Assembly: GCF_006345805.1 (NCBI RefSeq)
Contig: NW_021826818.1
Span: forward strand, 1 to 11,947
Origin: Octopus sinensis
Lineage: Eukaryota
DNA: 11,947 nucleotides
Direction: 5' to 3'
Shown: in pieces, positions 1 through 10,173 of the stretch
How the letters are laid out: each line of letters starts with the position of its first letter
Position numbering within the stretch: position 1 is the stretch's first letter
Translations under genes and position numbers: made by a program
The notes under the pieces: generated by a model
Databases searched by the model: none
Seen by the model: the letters and a program-made list of their open reading frames with translations, nothing else
Told to the model about the DNA's origin: nothing

Positions 1-38
1 TTTTCATTACAGAAACGCATGCGCAAACTACTGTAGTG

Positions 39-130
39 ACACACAAACACATACACACACACACACACAGACACCCACACATTCTCTCTCTCTTTCTTAA
101 AACACACACATACACTGACACACATACGCA
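39..130. repeat. Imperfect (CA)n microsatellite with a short (CT)n tract
   Basis: Direct reading of acacac and ctctct tracts. Confidence 0.85.
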
Positions 131-362
131 CATGTAACCCTGAGATCCGACAGCATCTCACATATATTTATATAACATTATATAGTACAATACGTAAAGA
201 GAAAAAGAGAAAGCTGGTGAACGAGTGAACGAGAATCGAATGTCGAACAGTTATGAGATTAAATATTTTAGATAAAAATGCTGTTTATTGTTCCAATTAT
301 TTCCCCACTCAAACCCTAACGCACGCCCTGTCTACATATATGTGCGCATATGCACATGCAAA

Positions 363-484
363 CATATATTGGTAGATGTATATATATACATACATATATA
401 TGTATATACATACATGCCTATATATACATACACACTGTCACACACACACACACACACATATAATATATATATATATATATATAT

Positions 485-516
<32 letters not shown>

Positions 517-756
517 TTATAGTTAAAATCCAAACAAGAAAACACAGAAAATAACACAGCAACGCGAGGACGTGGAACAGTTAAAGTATTATTTGACGTA
601 TATAAAGTATATATATATATATATTATATTATATATATATATATATATATAATATATATATACATATATATGTATAGATGCATATGTATATATACATATA
701 TATGTATATATACATATGCATCTATAACAGTCATAAGAGATAGACTGATCTATAGT

Positions 757-795
<39 letters not shown>

Positions 796-810
796 GTTGG
801 TATATATATG
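363..810. repeat. Compound (TA)n/(CA)n/(GATA)n microsatellite region, interrupted by unique sequence at about 520-598
   Basis: Direct reading; (GATA)n at about 757-794. It accounts for the ORFs at 288-497 and 332-562. Confidence 0.9.
520..598. mobile_element. Short interspersed-repeat fragment inside (TA)n, possibly the terminus of a Penelope-like element
   Basis: About 80 bp of complex sequence (agttaaaatccaaacaagaaaac...aacgcgaggacgtggaacag...gtattatttgacg) bounded on both sides by TA repeats. Family assignment rests only on recollection of similar octopus repeats. Confidence 0.35.
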
Positions 811-1487
811 TAGGTAAATATAATTGCCTCTGCATATGCTCGCGAGTGTCAGCGTGTGTAATAGAAAGCATTCATTATTCCTAAAATTCTATACATTTCC
901 AATGTAACAGTTCTATTTTTTATTGTTTTCACTCAAATGGTTTTCATGAAAGCGTAAACTTCAAAAAGATCGTTGATATTTATATTGCACTTGAGTAAGT
1001 TTCAAAAGATTACATCTTGAATTGAACACAGAGCGGAGTTAATATTAAGATATTTCTTATACCCTGCTTGTTTCAATGAAATTCATCGATATGATATGTG
1101 CGATAGTTTGTTTCGTTCCATTTAATTAAAGCAAGTGGCATTCACTTTTTTTTCCAATTTCAAAGTAAATTTTCTCAATCGGAATTAAGTAATTCCTCCA
1201 GTGTTGATATTTTGGCATTCGATATGATCGGAAATTTTTAGTAGAAATAACGTTATGTTTCAGGCTCTAAATGTTTTTTAGTTTTTTTTTTCTTGTTTCT
1301 TCGCCACAACTTATATTTGTAACAGATTTTTGTGTAACACAAAGAGAAAAATATGGAAACAGTATATTTATAGCAACAGCTGATGAATTCAACGTATGAA
1401 AAAAAACATAGATGAGCATAAACATTCAAGCATCAACAATGGTTTGCTGTCAATAAGCTGTAATTTTTGTGTACTATATATCTGAGA

Positions 1488-1849
1488 CTAGCACTATGGC
1501 CCGGTAACGCCGGGTCATAGTGCTAGTGCATGCATATACAGCTGCATGCGTGCGCACATACACGCGAGTACTGTCCAAATCTCTGACCAATCGCATACAG
1601 CTAGTTGGCATCCAATTGGCATATCAAGTTTCGGGCATTTTGATTGGGTTTTGGATAGAAAATTCACAAGAAGTCACTATTTTTAATGGATTTCCGGGGT
1701 GAGTGGGGAAATGTAATGTGAACAACCACCCTTGGACTGTTTTCAATGATCATAGAAAGTGCGAGCCCTCTAACTGAAAAATTGCGGATTTGTATAAAGG
1801 ACACACACACTCACACAGATAGACATTTTGCCGTTTATATATAGAGAGA
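1488..1849 (-). mobile_element. Non-autonomous Helitron, apparently full length (362 bp)
   Basis: The minus strand starts TC (1849-1848, TCTCTCTATATATAAA) after a host A (1850). It ends CTAG (1491-1488) before a host T (1487), giving A|TC...CTAG|T with no TSD. A GC-rich hairpin cccgg-taacg-ccggg (1500-1514) lies just inside the 3' end, and a short GT tract near the 5' end. Confidence 0.85.
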
Positions 1850-2253
1850 TGAATGCCTAGTTCTCGCATTAATACAGTTACGAGATATTGTAACCTCAAC
1901 ATCAGGTATTACAGTTTAAGTGCGTTCAGTCGCCGAAAGATCCCAAATCGATGTTTACGGAGAAAGGATTTACTGTATGGATTACGTATATAAAAGCTCT
2001 TCATTTTGACGGGCTTGGAATGAGATCGTGAGACAGCCAAAAAGGGATTTCTGTGTGTTACGCTTTTTCAGTAACATACGCAATTCCATCTTATTTTTAT
2101 TACTCACGTACTATGAAGGTATGGTGTGTGTAATTGATCAATTCACTATTCTTTGAATATGTCTATAGTAAGAAGGGGAGCTAGATAGACAGATTGACGA
2201 ATAGATGGATAGAAAATGTATGTAGGTCAGGAGGCACACATAGTAGATAGATA

Positions 2254-2783
2254 TGTTTCTTTATTAGCCACACAGGACTGCACACAGATAGAACAAATTA
2301 CAGGTAGAGCTTTTCTTTTGAAGGTTTTTAAAAAAAAAAAAAAGGAAGGGGGAGTTCGATCAAAAGGTCGTAAAGGAGAGAAAGAGGACAAAAAAAGGGG
2401 GGTTAAAAAAAAGGGGGAGAGGAAAAAAAAAAAAAATTGATCAATAGGGATCGTTATCACAGAAATGTCATATGAAGTGTAAAGGGGAGGACAGGTGAGG
2501 TTTACCCGTGGAAAGAAAGCCTACGGAAAAGACCACGGTAACCTCGGTCAATGGAGTCACATGTTATATTTCTTTTTTTTTTTTTTTTTTTTGCAAATAA
2601 GCAACTCTCTGTTTTTAATTTTTTGGTTCATAGGATCATGCTCAAGGTGGCTTCGTCATTCATACGTGCCATTCTTGCTACATTCACCCATCTTTTTTTA
2701 AAACATTCGCTAGACAAAACTTGCCTCTCTACTCTCACTTTCCTTTTCAAGTGGTACTTGAAGAAGTTGATGAGAGATTGACC

Positions 2784-2784
<1 letters not shown>
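2254..2784 (-). mobile_element. 5'-truncated non-LTR retrotransposon (L1/Tx1-like LINE): ORF2 C-terminus plus 3' UTR
   Basis: A minus-strand open frame (2783-2628) is followed by a pyrimidine-rich 3' UTR ending AATAAAGAAAC and then TATC repeats. The 5' end abuts (TATC)n. The tail is homologous to 2869-2910 and 5177-5218. Confidence 0.7.
2628..2783 (-). pseudogene. LINE ORF2 C-terminal fragment, 51 aa plus stop
   Basis: Manual translation: [51 protein letters not shown]. The basic helix followed by F-x-x-R-W near the C-terminus resembles Tx1-type ORF2 ends. There is no start codon at the 5' end because it is truncated at the GATA repeat. Confidence 0.6.
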
Positions 2785-2868
<84 letters not shown>

Positions 2869-2981
2869 TTTCTTTATTGGTCACACAGGGCTGAACACAG
2901 AGGGGATAAAGATATGTAGATAGATAAATAGATAGATAGATGGATAGATGAATAGATGGATAGACAGATAGATAGATAGAT
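2785..2981. repeat. (GATA)n microsatellite: perfect at 2785-2866, degenerate at 2917-2981
   Basis: Direct reading. Confidence 0.95.
2869..2910 (-). mobile_element. Extremely 5'-truncated LINE/SINE 3' tail (42 bp) inside the GATA array
   Basis: Ungapped hand alignment gives 34/42 identity to 2256-2297 and 34/42 to 5177-5218. Confidence 0.8.
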
Positions 2982-4090
2982 GTTACGTATTGTTTAACAG
3001 TTTTAGCCTTGTCATAACTATAAAACAAAAAACTGTAAACTATAAACTCATACTAACATACACATATACACAGATCAGTCTCTCCCTCTGTACATACAAT
3101 CACACACACACACGTGTATTATTTCTACTTTTAAATTATGTGACATAATTCTCTTTTCTTTCGAGAAGAGTTCAAAATATTATCCCATGTTTAAAACTAG
3201 AAATCTCGAAATTTAGTGTGACTTACACAAATTTCAACACCTCCAGCAACACCACCAAACCGTTCGCGAAAATATACGAACAAATAACATAACACATATC
3301 GAACCTCAGATAATTAACTATCAAAAACCAAACCTCCATTTGAAATAGCTAAGTTACAGAGAAAATAGAAATCTGTAACAATGTAATTTCAAAGCCTATA
3401 TTTTCTTTGTTTATTTAATAAGCTTTATCTTCTTTATAATTTCCTGACTAATAATAGCGTGAATCAGCTTAAATGTATCGATTTAACTATCTCTCGTAAG
3501 CATATTCTTATATGGAATATATATATACATATGTGTGTGTGTGTATGTATATATATATTATATATGCATATGTTATTTTTTAGACTTCTTTTATTTATTT
3601 TTTTTTCGATAGACGTTCAAAGATGCTCTGTTAAGCAACATGTATTTCTGTATTTTCAGGTTGTTTTCTTTCTGCCCGATAATGCATTTGCATGCTGTTC
3701 GATGAACCGTATATTATAGTTATCCGTAAATCAGAACACGAGTACTTACTCACTAAGACAAACATTCACAAAAGCAGTTAGCAAGCAAAATACATGTTTG
3801 TGCGTATGTGTGTGTGTGTAGAATCACACACTTTCGTCTATGCATAACAGACATACATGCATAATGAAAACACAAGATTATATTCTAAAGAAACGCTAAA
3901 CGCGAGTATACGCATGCAAGATTTGCTTACACGTGCTACTAAAAAAAATGAAAATGTGTTACATTGATTTAAGACGTAAAATTTGAATATAGGATACACA
4001 CATACTTCGTAATAAAGTTATCGTCTAAGAAAATTGCATACACAACCTATTTTTCAAAATATAAAATGGTGAACAAGATTGAACACGATC

Positions 4091-4113
4091 TATAGAGAGA
4101 TAGAGAGAGAGAG

Positions 4114-4193
<80 letters not shown>

Positions 4194-4400
4194 GGATGGA
4201 AGGATGGATGAGTGGATGGACGGATGGATGGGTGGATGGACGGATGGATGGATGGAAGGATAGATAGATAGATAGTTCTATTCTATTATTATTCATATAC
4301 ATACATACATACATACATGCATACATACATAAATGCATACATACATACATACATACATACATACATACATACATACATACATACATACATACATGCATGC
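4091..4400. repeat. Compound microsatellite (GA)n-(GATA)n-(GATG)n, then (CATA)n
   Basis: Direct reading; accounts for ORF 4090-4455. Confidence 0.95.
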
Positions 4401-4851
4401 ATGCGACGATATATACACATATTTCCCCTACAGCTTGTAATATGCAACACTCCATTTATTAACTACTGAACATATTATGAACGTTGACAAGTCTGCCTTT
4501 CAACACAGAACATTAACCTATTATAGTCATTAGCTAACCAGATAAAACAACTTGCGATATTTGTTCTGGCATTTTCTCAATAGAAAGTGAGAGAACACCA
4601 TCTTCGGTTTATCAGCTGAAAATTATGTGATAAGGACACTGTACATGTGTTACGGGATACAACGATGTGTGTTCTCTCTGGATCTGATACTGCAGAATAA
4701 TTTTAAAAAAGCATATGTTCAGTATAGAATTTCGAAACGTCCGTCGTGGTTTCAAGTAGTCATTTAGTAGTAAATATTGCTAGATTCAATCCACGGAGGG
4801 AGAATGGCCTTGAAACCGACGATTTTGAACAAACGGAGACAACATACTCAT

Positions 4852-4940
4852 TCTGCCTGAGGAAGCACAGCTTGATAAAACAGTTGTATCAAGTACCAGC
4901 ACTTTTAGGAAACTACTTTGCGTCGAAACAAATGTAGCGA
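4852..4940 (+). ncRNA. Degenerate type I hammerhead-like motif with long stem II (possible Penelope-like remnant)
   Basis: CTGAGGA at 4857-4863; gcacag/ctttgc pairing (4865-4870 with 4916/17-4921, imperfect); internal hairpin cttgata/tatcaag (4871-4893); then GAAA-C-aaat-G-TA (4925-4936). Stem I is weak. Confidence 0.4.
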
Positions 4941-5171
4941 TTAAAAAACAACTGTACCCCTTCTTCTTGTTGAGTATGTGTGTGTATGCATGTGTATACG
5001 TATGTATTTTTATGTATATGTATGAATATATGCATGGATGTGAATATATACATACAATCACATGTAAAAGGATATTTTTGCCTATACATGTTTCAGCAAT
5101 TTGCTATGTGTGTATGTGTGTGTGTTTGTATATATTATACAAACATATTACACGCACACATATTCATATAT

Positions 5172-5410
5172 ATTTATTTCTTTACTACCCACAAGGGGCT
5201 AAACACAGAGGGGACAAACAAGGACAGACATAGGTATTAAGTCGATTACACCGACCCCAGTGCGTAACTGGTACTTTATTTATCGACCCCGAAAGGATGA
5301 AAGGCAAAGTCGACCTCGGCGGAATTTGAACTCAGAACGTAGCGGCAGACGAAATACGGCTAGGCATTTCGCCCGGCGTGCTAACGTTTCTGCCAGCTCA
5401 CCGCCTTCAC
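5172..5410 (-). mobile_element. Full-length tRNA-derived SINE (family A) with LINE-type tail and 11-bp TSD
   Basis: Minus-strand head AGGCGGTGAGCTGGCAGAAACGTTAGC (A-box-like, about 5380-5406) and B box GAGTTCAAATTCC (5333-5321). The central block is GAGGTCGACTTTGCCTTTCATCCTTTCGGGGTCGATAAA and the tail ends GTAAAGAAATAAAT. The direct repeat TATTCATATAT flanks it at 5161-5171 and 5411-5421. Confidence 0.9.
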
Positions 5411-5621
5411 TATTCATATATGATATTGTTCCTTTATTACTGTTTAGTCTACTACAAATGGCATTTTGCTGTCGGGAGCTATTCACATTATTGGCTAGTG
5501 TAAATGTCCATATATTCTAATTTTATTTGATATCTGAATCACTGGTCAACAGGAAATCAATTTTAGTATATCTCACTTTCATCTTTTCTTACGTTTTCTT
5601 ATTTTTCTGTTAATCAAACCA

Positions 5622-5667
5622 TCTGTCTGTCTCTATCTGTCTGTCTGTCTGTCTATCTATCTTTCTT

Positions 5668-5758
<91 letters not shown>

Positions 5759-5780
5759 GTCTATCTATCTATCTATCTAT
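5622..5780. repeat. (TCTG)n/(TCTA)n microsatellite
   Basis: Direct reading. Confidence 0.95.
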
Positions 5781-5810
5781 GTTGTGTCTCGGAAGAGTCA
5801 TTATCTTTTA

Positions 5811-5896
5811 GCTAAGTAACGGGGACATAACACACGGGCATCGGTTGTCAAGCAATGCTAGGGGGACAAACACAGACACAGAAACACACACACACA

Positions 5897-5933
<37 letters not shown>

Positions 5934-6089
5934 GACGGGCTTCTTTCAGTTTCCGTCTACAAAATACTCACAGGCTTTGGTCGGCCGAGGCTGTAGTGGA
6001 AGACACTTGCCCAAGGTGCCACTCGTGGGACTGACCCAGAACCATCTGGGTGTAAACAAGCTACTTACCACACACCCACTCGTGCGCCT
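5811..6089 (-). mobile_element. tRNA-derived SINE (family B) with internal (TA)n/(TG)n tract, 3' end apparently missing
   Basis: Minus-strand head AGGCGCACGAGTGGGTGTGTGGTAAGTAGCTTG, a degenerate B box (TGGGTCAGTCCC) and a CORE-like GCACCTTGGGCAAGTGTCTT. The head is homologous to 8974-9062 and 11441-11518. Confidence 0.8.
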
Positions 6090-6155
6090 ATATTTCCAAG
6101 ATTATCCCAATCATATATTGTCTAAGTTTAAGGAACTATAAATACGTAAGAGCGT

Positions 6156-6422
6156 GTATATATATATATATATAATATATATATTATATATATATATATA
6201 ATATATATATATCTATATATATGCTTATATTTGGTTATGAATTGGTTATACATGTGCATTCAGGTTGGTTTTCTATACATCTTATATCAGGATATATATT
6301 TCATAGAGTTATCTAAATATATACGATATATATTCATGCACACATTGATAAATCTATATCGCATAGAACACATTTATGTATGTATATATACCTGCATAAG
6401 TTTTTGTGTTTATATATAGATA

Positions 6423-6475
<53 letters not shown>

Positions 6476-6580
6476 ATGGATATTATATAACACATTACAA
6501 CACACACATTATATATACATATATATATATAAACATATATATATGTGTGTGTGTGTGTGTGTGTTTGTGTACATATATAT
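6156..6580. repeat. (TA)n-rich low-complexity region with (TG)n
   Basis: TA tracts at about 6156-6222 and 6410-6545; TG tract at about 6544-6570. Confidence 0.85.
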
Positions 6581-7314
6581 ATTTGTTTACATAAATGAGT
6601 ACATACATGTGTGCATTTATACATTTATGTAGGCATGTATGTATATCATAATTCCTGTATGTTTCTATATGTGCAGGTTTTTCTGCTATAAATCATTTTA
6701 AAATATATGGACTTACTAAGGCAGATACAGAAAGAAACGAAAGCCGATATAGTAAAAGAGATATACTTTCTGAAATCTATGTATATGTGTGTGGCTGTGT
6801 ATCGAAATATGTATCTATTTTCCAACCGAAGATCCTTTATTTCTTATTTTGTATAAATAGATATATGTGTATGAGTATATTTGCGCATCTGAACGTATGT
6901 GTATCAATATGTCTGTTTAGATACATATCAATATATCTAAAAATTCATTATCTAGAAGGTAAAAAGATTGGTTTCTGTTTTCCATTAAATGATAGACAAT
7001 GCAGAACTGTCAACTAGACAAAGCATTCGGTAAAAATAATATTTTGTCAAAAGAAAATCTTTAAAATGAAGAAATGAAGAAATCAAATGCAAAACCGTAA
7101 GACAAAGAACATCAAATCAGTACAAGACCCCACCGACAAACGCACAGCATTTCCTTAGCCTCGATTTCGATTCAGTCATTGTGTACATTCTATTATGTTC
7201 TGTTTTATTCATTCGGATCTTTCGCATCGCATCATTTTGTATGGCTTTCGTTTGGGCTTTTCACTGGCAATAAAGCGTATGCAATCAAGCTTTTGTGAAC
7301 GCTTACTTACTGAT

Positions 7315-7660
7315 GTATATTAATATATGTATATAAGTATGTATGTAAGCATGTATATATGTATATATATGTATATGTATACCTGCATGTATGTATGTAT
7401 GTGTGTATCTATACATATATATAAATATATGGATATTACATATATTTATACTTACATACACAGATATGTATATACATATGTATATATATATACACTTATA
7501 TATATGTATGTATACTATATATATTTATACATATATATGTATATATATATGTATTTATACTATATATACATATATACGAATATATATGTATGTATACTAT
7601 ATATATATATATATATGAATAAACATATATATGTATATACTATATATATATATATATATA

Positions 7661-7694
<34 letters not shown>

Positions 7695-7785
7695 GGTGGG
7701 ATAGATAGATAGGCAGGACAAATGCAAATATTGGCAAAGGGACGATCGTTTGACATGATTTATGTATAGATACATATCTGTGCAC

Positions 7786-7850
<65 letters not shown>

Positions 7851-7865
7851 GTATATATGCATGTA
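7315..7865. repeat. Degenerate (TA)n/(TATG)n array with (GA)n and a pure (TA)n tract
   Basis: Direct reading; accounts for four overlapping Y/I-rich ORFs. Confidence 0.9.
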
Positions 7866-8220
7866 TGCACACTCACGAAAATGTGGATCATTTGAATATG
7901 GAGGTTGCCTTTGACAGGCGTTCTTGCCTTACAACGTAAAGGAAGCATTTTGCAATCTAGACATACTGACACCGCTTTAAACATAGCTAGAAACCTGACA
8001 GAGCATGACAGTTTTGTTGACAGCTCTGAGCTTCTATAAACGTGATAGTATGAAAGGAGACACATGAAACGATCGTCTTGAATGGGTTTTCAATGAATTC
8101 AATTGCTGTAGTGCGATACGTTTACAAAGGGATCCCGTTTTACACATTCCGCTGCATTGCAGGGCTCCTTGTTAATGGAAGTCAACTTTGCTGTAAGAGC
8201 GATACATGAATAGATGTAGC

Positions 8221-8227
8221 ATATATA

Positions 8228-8258
<31 letters not shown>

Positions 8259-8570
8259 CTTACATACATACATATATGTACATGTAGATGTAAAAATGTA
8301 AGGTTATGTACAGTCACGCACTGATATATCAATATATACAAATATATTTATTACTGAGTAACGTCCAAACAATATACTTCAAGTATGTGTTCATACGTGC
8401 ACATGTATATAAATATATATATATATATAATATATATATGTATATCTATGTATATATATATGTATAATATATACATATACATATATATATATTATGTGTG
8501 TGTATGTACAAGTCTATATATATATATATATATAATATCTGTGTATATATATGTATGTATGTATGTATGT
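8221..8570. repeat. Degenerate (TA)n low-complexity region
   Basis: Direct reading. Confidence 0.8.
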
Positions 8571-8973
8571 AGTCTCTTCTATACGTATTATATACGTATT
8601 CTCTTCTATATTTATTTCCTTACAAAGTATTAGCTGGGGATCTCCTGAGACTTATTCAATCACACTTTTGACAAAATGTGTGAAAGAAAAGAGAACTTTT
8701 TGTCATAACTCTATTTTATTTCGTTTATTTTCTGTCCTTGTACATAATTTCTTTAATTACTTATTTCTTTTATTGCTTATATATTTTATGACATTTTTCC
8801 TGAATGTCATTCTGACATATTGCTATTTAAGGAATAAGCTATTATCACAAATTCTTCATTCTTTTCAAAATCTTCTTTATGCTAAACAAAGTGCTTTGTT
8901 ATGAGTCTTCGATTGCCTTGATATAAAACCGGATCTCATTCAAATTTCAATCACTCTCTTGTAATTTCTCTTT

Positions 8974-9062
8974 AGCGCTGGTGTAGCTCTATGGAAAACC
9001 GTTTGTTTCCCAACCACATGCTGTCAGGTTCAGTACCGCCGCGTGGTTAACTTGGGAGAAGA
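8974..9062 (+). mobile_element. Diverged 5' fragment of SINE family B
   Basis: gtttgtttcccaaccacatg...ggttcagtacc...gcgtgg...cttggg matches 11451-11510 and the reverse complement of 6000-6089. Confidence 0.65.
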
Positions 9063-9099
9063 TGTTGCTTGTGTAATGAACTTATTATGATATAATTTT

Positions 9100-9300
9100 T
9101 AATTTAGGCACAAGATCAAAAATTTTGAAGGTAGGAGTCAAGTGGATTACACTTATTCCAAAGATTAACTGGTACTACTTATTTTAATTGACCCCAAGAT
9201 GATAAAAGGCAAAAATCATCCACGCTGGTATTTGAACTCAGAACGTGAAGGGCTAGTAGAAAGTGTCTCGGGATTACCAACTCGCCATCATCGCCACCGT
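9100..9300 (-). mobile_element. Diverged copy of SINE family A with an alternative tail
   Basis: taactggtact...ttgacccc...aaaggcaaa...atttgaactcagaacgt matches 5266-5340 in the same orientation. The tail (minus strand) reads CTTGTGCCTAAATT. Confidence 0.75.
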
Positions 9301-9603
9301 TATCGGAATAACAACAATTTTTTCTAACATGGACGGAAGCTAGACATTTTGTAAGGAAGCGCCATCCAGTGAACTCGCCCGCACTTATTCGATGCTAGTT
9401 TACTTCATTAAATTCGAAATTAGCGAAGATAAATGGTTATTTGGATAAAAATTGCAAGGGAGTGTAAAAGATACCGCAAATATTTTAACTGATCGTTCAA
9501 GGATTTCCACCAATATATCAACTTTCTACTAATTTGTAACAGGCACACACTCAGGACCTTGGTGTCGGAAGGTAGCTGCTCTCACACAGTGAAACATGCA
9601 CAA

Positions 9604-9910
9604 ACATACATACATACATACATGCATGCATACATACATGCATACATACATACATACATACATACTACATACTTCCATACATACATACTACTTCATACAT
9701 ACATACATACATACATACATACATACATAACATACCATTACATCATACATACATACCATACCTACATACATACATATACATACATACATACATACATACA
9801 TACATACATACATACATACATACATACAAGCATACATACATACATACTTCCCTACATACATACATACATACATACACATACTACATACATACCTACATAT
9901 ACATCATACA
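9604..9910. repeat. Imperfect (CATA)n microsatellite, about 300 bp
   Basis: Direct reading; accounts for ORFs 9559-9987 and 9688-9879. Confidence 0.95.
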
Positions 9911-10007
9911 TGGTAATAATGCATGAATGCATCATCTCAACCTTCAAATGTGTTCTTTTACTTTTAAAATTTAAGGTGCACAACTGACAGAATCTTTATT
10001 ATGAGGG

Positions 10008-10173
10008 GCAAAATACCTACAGGCATTTCGTCCGTCTTCAAATTAACCCAAGGTTGACTTTAGTATTCTCCTATTCAGGGGTCGATAAAATAAGGTACTC
10101 GACGAATCGAGTCCGATGTAATCGACTTCTTCCTATAGGAACATTACTGGGCCTTGTGCCAGAATTTGAAACC
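10008..10173 (+). mobile_element. Diverged copy of SINE family A with the alternative tail
   Basis: atttcgtc...ttcaaatt...aggttgacttt...ggggtcgataaaataaggtac...gatgtaatcgactt matches the reverse complement of 5239-5360. The tail reads ggccttgtgccagaatttgaaacc. Confidence 0.75.

Noticed and set aside
15-37. CGCATGCGCA (NRF1-like site) plus the ACTAC-T-GTAGT palindrome
   Set aside because: These are short motifs next to purine-pyrimidine repeats, with no linked gene or promoter evidence.
1380-1405. CTGATGA...GAAA as a hammerhead
   Set aside because: There is no adequate stem II, stem III or stem I; GAAA is simply the start of an A run.
1986-1996. TATATAAAAG as a TATA box
   Set aside because: Expected by chance in AT-rich DNA, with no downstream transcript evidence.
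3641-3720. Plus-strand splice acceptor (tattttcag|G) and a possible exon
   Set aside because: No convincing donor site or coding signal follows.
5321-5406. tRNA gene
   Set aside because: A/B-box-like motifs are present, but there is no cloverleaf and the sequence continues into a SINE body and tail with a TSD.
8660-8683. Near-palindrome tcacacttttg-a-caaaatgtgtga
   Set aside because: Short, isolated and AT-rich; compatible with chance.
9320-9515. Possible further highly decayed SINE family A copy
   Set aside because: Only scattered short matches; I could not align it reliably by eye.
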